Assembly (NCBI GenBank): GCA_017609085.1
Contig: JAFCEO010000007.1
Location: forward strand, 1 to 32,000
Reading direction: 5' to 3'
From: Candidatus Pacearchaeota archaeon
GTDB lineage: Archaea; Nanobdellota; Nanobdellia; Pacearchaeales; GW2011-AR1
DNA: 32,000 nt
Numbering within the stretch: position 1 is the first letter of the stretch; each line of letters opens with the position of its first letter. A program made the position numbers and the translations under genes. The notes below the pieces were generated by a model that was not told the origin of the DNA, did no database searches, and saw only the letters and a program-made list of their open reading frames with translations. Positions 24,782-32,000 of this stretch are shown here, in pieces.

Positions 24782-25228
24782 ATGAGAATTGAAAGATCAG
24801 CTGGTGTAATTATATTTTATATGAAAGATTCTGAACCTCTTTTCTTATTGTTAGAATATCCTACATATTGGGGTTTTGTCAGAGGGCAAATTGAAAAAAA
24901 CGAAACTGTAAAAGAAACAATAATAAGAGAAGCGAAAGAAGAAGCCAACATTTCCAAATTAAATATTCTGGAGGGATTTAAAGAAACCCAGTCGTGGTTT
25001 TATAAGTTAAAGAGAGTTTTAAGAAGAAAATTTGCTGTCTACTTTCTTGCAGAAATAACAGAAGAAGAAGCAAAAAAAGTGAGAGTAAGTTTTGAGCACA
25101 AATCTTTCAAATTTTTAAAATTACAAGATGCGTTAAAAATAATGAGGATCAAAAATGAAAAGAGAATGTTAGAAAAAGCAGCTAAATTCATTCAAGAGTA
25201 TAAAAAGCAAAAAAAATTATTAGTTTAG
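24782..25228 (+). CDS. Nudix hydrolase
   Basis: Nudix box GFVRGQIEKNETVKETIIREAKEEANI (G-x5-E-x7-REUxEExGU). Confidence 0.85.
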   Translation: MRIERSAGVIIFYMKDSEPLFLLLEYPTYWGFVRGQIEKNETVKETIIREAKEEANISKLNILEGFKETQSWFYKLKRVLRRKFAVYFLAEITEEEAKKVRVSFEHKSFKFLKLQDALKIMRIKNEKRMLEKAAKFIQEYKKQKKLLV

Positions 25229-25237
25229 AAATTTATA

Positions 25238-25972
25238 ATGCGAAAATCAAAATTTTTTATAGGAACATCCGGATGGAATTATGAACATTGGGTAAGAAGA
25301 TTTTATCCAAAAAATACCTCTCAAAAAAAGTGGCTTGAATTTTATAGTAGATATTTTAATACAGTTGAAATTAATATGACATTCTATAGATGGCCTAAAC
25401 CTTCTTTCCTTTTATCTTGGTATAAAAGAGTAGACAATTTTAAATTTACATTAAAAGCTCCTCGAACAATAACACATATTCGAAAGTTAAATAATGTCGA
25501 AAGACAAGTAAAAGATTTTTATAAATTAGCTTCTTTGCTAAAAGAAAAATTAGGATGTATTTTATGGCAATTGCCTCCAAATTTTAAGCCCTCTTCTACG
25601 AACATTGAAAAACTTAAGAATTTTTTAAAAATTCTTGATAAAGAACATAAAAATGTTATTGAATTTAGGCATGAAGACTGGTGGCAAGAAGAAATTTATC
25701 AACTGTTAAAAGAATATAAAATCTGTTTTTGTATTATTTCTGGTTTGGAGATGCCTGAAAATGTTATAGTTACAACAAACTTCGCTTATTTCAGATTTCA
25801 TGGTTTGCATTATTCAAGTTGTTATACAGAAAATGAGATGAAAGATTATGCAGAAAGGATGAAAAAACTAAAAAGTAAAAAAAGAGTTAAAGAAATTTAT
25901 GCTTATTTCAATAACGATAGTAATGCTTATGCAATAAAAAATGCTAAGCAGCTAAAAAGATTTTTAGCTTAA
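25238..25972 (+). CDS. DUF72 (UPF0759) family protein
   Basis: FIGTSGWNYEHWVRRFYP, YFNTVEIN.TFY and YAYFNND are DUF72 signatures. Confidence 0.85.
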   Translation: MRKSKFFIGTSGWNYEHWVRRFYPKNTSQKKWLEFYSRYFNTVEINMTFYRWPKPSFLLSWYKRVDNFKFTLKAPRTITHIRKLNNVERQVKDFYKLASLLKEKLGCILWQLPPNFKPSSTNIEKLKNFLKILDKEHKNVIEFRHEDWWQEEIYQLLKEYKICFCIISGLEMPENVIVTTNFAYFRFHGLHYSSCYTENEMKDYAERMKKLKSKKRVKEIYAYFNNDSNAYAIKNAKQLKRFLA

Positions 25973-25973
25973 G

Positions 25974-26462
25974 ATGATATCTAAAGTTAAAGAAAATATT
26001 TTCCAGCTTTATTTTAAACAATTTGGTTCTTGCGTTTATGTTCTTAAAATTAAAGCCAAGAATATACTGATAGACACTTCCTCATCAACAAATAAATCAG
26101 AGTTGTTAAATGATTTAAAAGAACTTAACATAAAGCCAAAAGATATAAACATAATTCTCATAACACATCGACACTGGGACCATAACGGAAATATAGATTT
26201 ATTTCCTAATGCTAAAGTCTATGATTTTAAGAATATTGAAAAAAATCCGATTAAAGAAATAAAGATAATTAAAACTCCAGGACATACTGATGATAGTATA
26301 TGCTTTTTATATGAAAATGTCTTGTTTTCAGGAGACACTCTTTTTCATAAGGGTATCGGAAGAACAGACTTACCTGAAAGTCGACCAGAAAAAATGCAAA
26401 AAAGTTTAGAAAAATTAAAAAAATTAGATTATAAAATCCTTTGCCCAGGGCACATTGATTAA
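25974..26462 (+). CDS. MBL-fold metallo-hydrolase (compact, 162 aa)
   Basis: It has THRHWDH (HxHxDH), TPGHTDDS, SGDTLF and a terminal CPGH. The junction with the DUF72 gene is TAA-G-ATG. Confidence 0.8.
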   Translation: MISKVKENIFQLYFKQFGSCVYVLKIKAKNILIDTSSSTNKSELLNDLKELNIKPKDINIILITHRHWDHNGNIDLFPNAKVYDFKNIEKNPIKEIKIIKTPGHTDDSICFLYENVLFSGDTLFHKGIGRTDLPESRPEKMQKSLEKLKKLDYKILCPGHID

Positions 26463-26471
26463 TATTATCAA

Positions 26472-27083
26472 TTAAACGTCTAATTCTTTCAAAATATCAT
26501 CAGTAACTTTTTCTATATCTTGTTTTCCATTTATTTTTATTGTATTATAGTATTTTAAAACGGGCTCTGTTTCTTTGTGATAAATTTCTAACCTTTTTTT
26601 AACAGCTTTCTCGTTATCATCCTCTCTTTGATATAACCTACCACCACATTTATCACAAATTCCGTCTTGTTTTGGTTTCGGGCTGGTATTAATATTGTAG
26701 ATTTCTCCACAATTCTCGCAGTTTCTTCTTCCAGAAATTCTTCTGATAGCTTCTTCGTCTGGAATTGATATTTCAAAAACTTTATCAATTTCTACTAATT
26801 TGTTTAATTCTTTTGCCTGTCTCAAATTTCTTGGAAAACCATCTAAAAGAAACCCCTTCTTACAGTCAGGTTTGGAAATTCTATCTTTTAGTATTTCAAT
26901 CATTAATTCATCTGGGATTAATTCGCCTCTGTTTACATATCTATCAACTTTTTGTTTTAATTCTCCTCTAAGATTTCTCAGTAGATCCCCTGTAGAAATA
27001 TGAGGAATTTTAAGTTTTTTAGAAATAATTTTAGCCTGAGTCCCTTTCCCACTTCCTTGAGGACCTATTAAAACAAGTCTCAT
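26472..27083 (-). CDS. adk: adenylate kinase, bacterial long type with a zinc-lid
   Basis: It has the P-loop LIGPQGSGKGTQA and lid cysteines CENCGEIYN...CDKCGG. Confidence 0.9.
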   Translation of the reverse strand: MRLVLIGPQGSGKGTQAKIISKKLKIPHISTGDLLRNLRGELKQKVDRYVNRGELIPDELMIEILKDRISKPDCKKGFLLDGFPRNLRQAKELNKLVEIDKVFEISIPDEEAIRRISGRRNCENCGEIYNINTSPKPKQDGICDKCGGRLYQREDDNEKAVKKRLEIYHKETEPVLKYYNTIKINGKQDIEKVTDDILKELDV

Positions 27084-27086
27084 CTT

Positions 27087-29723
27087 TTATACATAGGATT
27101 CTTTTCTTGTTTTTATAGCAGATTGTGCAGCAGCTAATCTTGCAATAGGGACTCTAAAAGGACTGCAAGAAACGTAATCTAAACCAATTTTATGGCAAAA
27201 CTCGATACTGTCTGGATCTCCTCCATGCTCTCCGCAAATCCCTAATTTTAGGTCTTTTCTGACAGATTTTCCTTTTTCAATAGCAATTTTCATTAATTCT
27301 CCTATTCCTTCTTTATCTAAACTCTGAAAAGGGTCTTTCTTGTAAATTCCAAGTTCGATGTATTGTTTTAGAAATTTTCCAGAGTCATCTCTTGAAAATC
27401 CGCAACCCGTTTGGGTTAAGTCATTAGTTCCAAATGAAAAAAATTCTGCCTGTTTAGCAATTTCATCGGCAGTTAAAGCACCTCTCGGAACCTCAATCAT
27501 TGTTCCAACCTTATACTCAAAATCGCATCCTTTTTCTTCTTTAACTAATTCAGCTACTTTATCAATTATGTTTTTCTGGTGTTCGAACTCTAAAACGTTC
27601 CCGACAAGAGGAATCATTATCTCTGGAACAATTGACTTCCCTCCTTTTATAATTTCGGCTGCAGCTTCAAAAATAGCTCTTGCCTGCATTTCAGTAATTT
27701 CTGGATAAGTAATAGCTAACCTACATCCTCTGTGCCCTAACATAGGATTGAATTCGTGTAATTCTTCAATTTTCTGTTTAATCTGATCTTCACTTAAGTT
27801 CATCTCTTCTGCAAGCTCTTTAATTTCCTTCTCTTCCTTAGGCAAAAATTCATGTAAAGGAGGATCTAATAATCTGATAGTTACAGGTCTGCCGTCCATA
27901 ACTTCGAATATTGTTTTAAAATCCCCTTTTTGCATCGGCAGAATTTTTGAAAGAGCTTTTTCCCTTCCTTCTTTAGTATCCGATAAAATCATCTCCCTCA
28001 TCGCCTTAATTCTTGTTCCTTCGAAAAACATGTGCTCTGTCCTACATAGGCCGATTCCTTCTGCACCAAATTTAACAGCTTGTTCAGCATCTTTAGGTGT
28101 ATCTGCATTTGTTCTGACTTTTAATCTTCTAATCTCGTCCGCCCACTCCATTAGTTTTGCGAAATTTCCAGACAATTCTGGCTCGATTAAAGGAACCCCT
28201 CCTAAAAAAACCTCTCCAGTAGAGCCATCTAAACTTATTATATCACCGTCTCTTATTATCTTACCATTAACCTCAATAACTTTTTCTCTCTCAGAGATAT
28301 TCAGTTCTGAGCAGCCAACAACACAACATTTACCCATTCCCCTTGCAACAACTGCTGCATGACTTGTCATCCCACCCCTTGCAGTCAAAATTCCTTGTGC
28401 GGCATGCATTCCTTCAATATCTTCGGGAGAAGTTTCGACTCTCACCAAGATAACTTTCTCTCCTTTTAAAGCCATATCATAAGCCTCTTCTGCATTAAAA
28501 ACAACTTTCCCAACAGCTGCCCCTGGACTTGCAGGAAGACCTTTCGCAATAACTTCATGATTTTTCTTTTCTTGAGGGTCTAATTGTCTATGTAACAACT
28601 GATTTAAAGATTCTGCTTCTACTTTTAATAACGCTTCTTCTTTACTCAATAATTTTTCTTCAACTAAATCCACAGCAATCTTAACCGCGGCGACAGCCGT
28701 TCTTTTTCCGTTTCTTGTTTGTAAAATATACAATTTTCCCTTCTCAATTGTAAATTCAATATCTTGCATGTCCTTATAATGTCTTTCCAGTTTTTCTCTA
28801 ATCTTAACTAATTGATTATAAACTTCCTCGTTTTGCTCTCTTAAAGTATTAATCGGTTGAGGGGTTCTTATTCCAGCAACAACATCTTCTCCTTGAGCAT
28901 TCATTAAATATTCACCATAAAGAGCATTTTCTCCTGTACTAGGGTTTCTTGTAAAACAAACTCCTGTTCCAGAATCATCTCCCATATTTCCAAACACCAT
29001 TGACTGAACATTAACAGCAGTTCCCAATAATCCGTAAATGTTATTCATCCTCCTATAAGCAATTGCTCGAGGATTATTCCAGGAATTGAAAACAGCTTCA
29101 ATAGCCATATCTAACTGTTCTTTTGCATCTTCTGGAAACAATTTTCCTGTTTTTTCTTTAATCATTTCTTTATACTTCTCAATTACTTTTTTAAGGTCAT
29201 CTACATCGAGTTCTGTATCCAACTTAACTCCTTTTTCTTTTTTAATAGAATCTAGGATTTCTTCAAAAGAGTTATACTCAATACCCATAACAACATTCCC
29301 AAACATTTGAATAAATCGTCTATAAGAATCATAAGCAAATCTAGGATTTCCAGTGTTTTTCTTAAGACCTTCTACTGTTTCGTCATTTAATCCTAAATTT
29401 AAAATAGTATCCATCATTCCGGGCATTGAAACAGCTGCCCCCGACCTAACAGAAACAAGCAGAGGATTCTCTTTATCTCCCAATCTCTTACCCATTTCTC
29501 TTTCTAATTCAGCCAACTTTTCAGAAATTTGTTTTTTTATCTCTTCGTCTAATTTTTTTCCATTCTTGTAATACAAATCGCACACTTCTGTTGTAATTGT
29601 GAAACCAGGGGGAATCGGTAATCCGATAGAGGTCATTTCAGCTAAATTAGCTCCTTTTCCTCCTAAAATCTCTTTCATATCTTTATTTCCCTCTCTAAAA
29701 CTATATACATATTTTTTAACCAT
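27087..29723 (-). CDS. ppdK: pyruvate, phosphate dikinase
   Basis: It has [10 protein letters not shown], the phospho-His region [13 protein letters not shown] and the PEP-utilising C-terminus GLCRTEHMF...GICGE. The track start at 29735 is a TTG. The ATG at 29723 lies about 26 nt downstream of an AT-rich TATA-like AATATAAT. Confidence 0.95.
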   Translation of the reverse strand: MVKKYVYSFREGNKDMKEILGGKGANLAEMTSIGLPIPPGFTITTEVCDLYYKNGKKLDEEIKKQISEKLAELEREMGKRLGDKENPLLVSVRSGAAVSMPGMMDTILNLGLNDETVEGLKKNTGNPRFAYDSYRRFIQMFGNVVMGIEYNSFEEILDSIKKEKGVKLDTELDVDDLKKVIEKYKEMIKEKTGKLFPEDAKEQLDMAIEAVFNSWNNPRAIAYRRMNNIYGLLGTAVNVQSMVFGNMGDDSGTGVCFTRNPSTGENALYGEYLMNAQGEDVVAGIRTPQPINTLREQNEEVYNQLVKIREKLERHYKDMQDIEFTIEKGKLYILQTRNGKRTAVAAVKIAVDLVEEKLLSKEEALLKVEAESLNQLLHRQLDPQEKKNHEVIAKGLPASPGAAVGKVVFNAEEAYDMALKGEKVILVRVETSPEDIEGMHAAQGILTARGGMTSHAAVVARGMGKCCVVGCSELNISEREKVIEVNGKIIRDGDIISLDGSTGEVFLGGVPLIEPELSGNFAKLMEWADEIRRLKVRTNADTPKDAEQAVKFGAEGIGLCRTEHMFFEGTRIKAMREMILSDTKEGREKALSKILPMQKGDFKTIFEVMDGRPVTIRLLDPPLHEFLPKEEKEIKELAEEMNLSEDQIKQKIEELHEFNPMLGHRGCRLAITYPEITEMQARAIFEAAAEIIKGGKSIVPEIMIPLVGNVLEFEHQKNIIDKVAELVKEEKGCDFEYKVGTMIEVPRGALTADEIAKQAEFFSFGTNDLTQTGCGFSRDDSGKFLKQYIELGIYKKDPFQSLDKEGIGELMKIAIEKGKSVRKDLKLGICGEHGGDPDSIEFCHKIGLDYVSCSPFRVPIARLAAAQSAIKTRKESYV

Positions 29724-29813
29724 CTTTTTTATCAAGATATTTTGGAATATAATTTCGAAAACTAAGTTTATAAATATTATTGTAATGTTCCATATAATTT
29801 TAGAGTAGAAATC

Positions 29814-30665
29814 TTATTCAAAACCTTTTAAATAAAAATAAATACATCTTCCTAAATCTAAAGTGTATCCTCCTTCCAAAACAGAAAAAGTAGGCTTTTC
29901 CAAAGCTTTAATCATCTTTCCGATTTTTTCATAACTTTCAAATTCTAGTTCCAAACTTGATAAAGGATCTTTTTTGTAAGTATCAAAACCAGCAGAAACT
30001 GCAATTAAATCTGGATTAAATTTTTTTACAATTCTTAAAGCTTTTTTTAACTTTTCCAAATATGTTTTTTCTTTTGTTCCCGCAGAAAGAGGATAATTAA
30101 AGCAGTTTTTTTCGCTCTTTAAACCAGTTCCAGGATAATGAGGAAATTGATGTAAAGAGATATAAACAACTTTTTTATTATTTAGAAAAATATCTTGGGT
30201 TCCATTCCCATGATGGACATCTATATCCAGAATTGTGACCTTCTTTACTTTTTCATCTCTTATCGCTTTCGCTACTGCGATGGCGACATTATTAAAATAG
30301 CAAAAACCTCCTAAATTATCTTTAGAGGCGTGATGCCCGGGAGGTCTCATTAAAGAAAAACAATGCTCTTTTTTCTTTAAACATTCGTTCATAGCAAGAA
30401 TAGAAGCTCCTGCCGAAAGAGAAGCATAATAAAAAATATTTTCATAAGCTGGACTGTCAAAATTAAAAAAATTTCCGGATTTAACCTTCTCCACTAACTC
30501 TTTAGAATGAACCTCTAACAAGTCTTGTTCGATAACAAATTCTGGTCTTAAAAATTTATATCCCTCTTCTTTTAAAAAATTGTAACTGCTTTTAACTCTT
30601 TCTGGACTTTCAGGATGCCCTTTTTGCCCATATCTTAAACACTCGGGCGAGTAAATAATTTTCAT
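29814..30665 (-). CDS. histone deacetylase / acetoin-utilisation (AcuC) family deacetylase
   Basis: It has RPPGHHA, DIDVHHGNGTQ and GFD..K.DP. The protein is 283 aa and shares an ATGA overlap with the upstream GTPase gene. Confidence 0.85.
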   Translation of the reverse strand: MKIIYSPECLRYGQKGHPESPERVKSSYNFLKEEGYKFLRPEFVIEQDLLEVHSKELVEKVKSGNFFNFDSPAYENIFYYASLSAGASILAMNECLKKKEHCFSLMRPPGHHASKDNLGGFCYFNNVAIAVAKAIRDEKVKKVTILDIDVHHGNGTQDIFLNNKKVVYISLHQFPHYPGTGLKSEKNCFNYPLSAGTKEKTYLEKLKKALRIVKKFNPDLIAVSAGFDTYKKDPLSSLELEFESYEKIGKMIKALEKPTFSVLEGGYTLDLGRCIYFYLKGFE

Positions 30666-31867
30666 TTCCGAGAACTTGTTAAAATCTTTATAACATCGCC
30701 GTCCTCTAATAAAGAATCTTTTCCAATTTTTTTCCCTGTCTTAACATCAATAGCAGAAACAAAACTATTTCCAATATCAGTATGAATTGCATACGCTAAA
30801 TCTAAAGCATTACTTCCTTGAGGCAATAAATAGGCGTCTGGCAAAATCCTACCTTGTTTATCTGTAAAATGATGTTCATTCTCAACAGGAAAAACAACTA
30901 TGTATTTCAAAAAATTAAAAACAGCTTCATTTAATACTCGTTGGATTCCGGTGGAACCATAAACTTCAAGAACATCTTTTTTAATTATTTCAAGAGCATG
31001 TTTTTGTTGCTCATTTAATTCTCCTGAAATCTCGAAGTTTTTGTTTCCAGGAATATAATCAACAAGTTTCTCTTTAGAAGCTTCTCTCAAAGCCAATTCA
31101 GATTCGGCACTGCAAGGAATAATTAAAGTTTCGGGAAACTCTTTCTTTAATTTCTCAATATTGTTTCTTGCTTCTTTTCTATCTGCTTTATTGGCTGCTA
31201 TAATTATCGGCTTGCTTATTTTTCTTATTTCTCTAGCAAATTCTAATATATGAGCATCTTTCCATGCGTCTCCTCTTTCACTCAATTCAAGCTTTTTCAT
31301 AATATCCTTAATATAATCTTCTTTAATCTTTAAGCCAGAGAGTTGTTCTGCCAAAGCTGTAGATAACTTAGAACTTTTGCTTTTTCTCACTAAAGACTGC
31401 CAGTTTCTTTCTAAAATTCCATAAATCCACATATCTATTTCGTTGATTAAAAATTTAACATCCTCTTCAACAGGATAATTTTCTGTAGCATTACCTTGAG
31501 CATCGGTTCTTCCACTCGCATCTAAAACATGTATAAGAAGGTCGGCTTCTCTTAAATCATTTAAAAATTCATTTCCTCTTCCTTTACCTTTATGCGCTTC
31601 TGGAACTAAACCAGCTACATCAATTAATTTAATAGGAACAAATCTTTCTCCTTTAATACAGAAGCCGTGTTGAGGCTGGCATACTTTTCCTTTTTCACTT
31701 AATTCCTTGAACTCTTTTTCTGGACACTTTACCCTAACAAAACCCACACCCTCATTAGCTTTTATAGTAGTAAAAGGATAATTGGCTATCTCTACTTTTG
31801 CTAATGTACATGCTTTAAAAAATGTGCTTTTTCCGGCATTAGGTTTCCCGACCAAACCGATTAACAT
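30662..31867 (-). CDS. Obg-family P-loop NTPase, YchF/OLA1-like, with a C-terminal TGS-like domain
   Basis: It has IGLVGKPNAGKSTFF, YPFTTI, DVAGLV and NKAD. The C-terminal LEDGDVIKI is typical of TGS domains. Confidence 0.8.
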   Translation of the reverse strand: MLIGLVGKPNAGKSTFFKACTLAKVEIANYPFTTIKANEGVGFVRVKCPEKEFKELSEKGKVCQPQHGFCIKGERFVPIKLIDVAGLVPEAHKGKGRGNEFLNDLREADLLIHVLDASGRTDAQGNATENYPVEEDVKFLINEIDMWIYGILERNWQSLVRKSKSSKLSTALAEQLSGLKIKEDYIKDIMKKLELSERGDAWKDAHILEFAREIRKISKPIIIAANKADRKEARNNIEKLKKEFPETLIIPCSAESELALREASKEKLVDYIPGNKNFEISGELNEQQKHALEIIKKDVLEVYGSTGIQRVLNEAVFNFLKYIVVFPVENEHHFTDKQGRILPDAYLLPQGSNALDLAYAIHTDIGNSFVSAIDVKTGKKIGKDSLLEDGDVIKILTSSRK

Positions 31868-31889
31868 ATTTCAGTAGAAGAGAATAAAC

Positions 31890-31897
31890 TTTAAATA
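31890..31897 (+). promoter_or_regulatory. TATA-like box for the downstream tRNA
   Basis: TTTAAATA is centred about 27 nt upstream of tRNA position 1 (31921). Confidence 0.4.
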
Positions 31898-31920
31898 TCT
31901 ATCTTTGTTTACAAGCCTAT

Positions 31921-32000
31921 GAGCCTGTAGCTCAGTCTGGTTAGAGCACCAGTCTTATAGGACACTGTTTCATTAGAAACAGAAAAGCTCTACGAAAGCT
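31921..32000 (+). tRNA. 5' part of an intron-containing tRNA, apparent anticodon TAT (Ile); truncated by the window end
   Basis: GAGCCTG-TA-GCTC-AGTCTGGTTA-GAGC-A-CCAGT-CT-TAT-A is followed by at least 41 nt of non-tRNA sequence. That sequence contains a perfect 7-bp hairpin CTGTTTC-ATTA-GAAACAG. The 3' anticodon-stem strand, T-arm and acceptor are not in the window. Confidence 0.7.

Noticed and set aside
1206-29808. Many 60-138-aa ORFs in the track lie antisense to, or out of frame within, strongly recognisable genes. Examples: 1206-1478, 3481-3678, 4025-4207, 5661-5924, 7660-7995, 8074-8259, 10169-10381, 10923-11252, 14979-17102 (five ORFs), 17513-17728, 17957-18433, 20074-20366, 20939-21151, 21625-22189, 22702-23113, 23899-24158, 26588-27003, 27358-29808.
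   Set aside because: Their products are low-complexity (Ser/Leu/Ile/Phe-rich, as expected from the antisense of Lys/Glu/Asn-rich genes). They carry no motifs, and each overlaps a gene with clear family signatures. I treat them as shadow ORFs.
1-32000. I looked for CRISPR arrays, long direct or inverted repeats, transposase or integrase genes, and toxin-antitoxin or restriction-modification gene pairs.
   Set aside because: I saw no regularly spaced repeats, and no ORF has recombinase, transposase, nuclease or methyltransferase signatures. The only repeats are short promoter dyads and the imperfect codon-level repeats in the acidic linker at about 21175-21290.

Overview
The window is an AT-rich segment (roughly 30% GC by eye, not computed) of an archaeal chromosome. 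Archaeal identity is supported by ribosomal proteins S6e, L7Ae, S28e and L24e, aIF2-gamma, Kae1, class III (pilin-type) signal peptides and intron-containing tRNAs. Compact genes, bacterial-type gyrase, Adk and PPDK, and charged tails on core proteins suggest a small-genome DPANN-like lineage, but no database search was possible. In order, the window holds: tRNA-Ser(GGA) with an intron; a sugar-activation and glycosyltransferase cluster; a minimal [NiFe]-hydrogenase module; a pilin-like protein; an eroded gene remnant; S6e and gyrBA; aIF2-gamma and the L7Ae-S28e-L24e operon; a frameshifted pilin-signal/LamG surface protein; Kae1 and a sugar nucleotidyltransferase; a run of conserved-unknown genes (DUF167, HExxH peptidase, DUF192, Nudix, DUF72, MBL); adk, ppdK, an HDAC-family enzyme and a YchF-like GTPase; and the 5' part of a second intron-containing tRNA with anticodon TAT. 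I found no CRISPR array, rRNA, transposase or integrase. The points most worth follow-up are: (1) the hydrogenase module has no recognisable electron-transfer subunits and its small subunit lacks a canonical cluster cysteine; (2) the class III signal peptide/LamG gene is split by a +1 frame change; (3) small ORFs are inserted in, or missing from the ORF track near, the ribosomal-protein operon; (4) two divergent gene pairs each share a single symmetric TATA element. All functional calls rest on motif recognition by eye.
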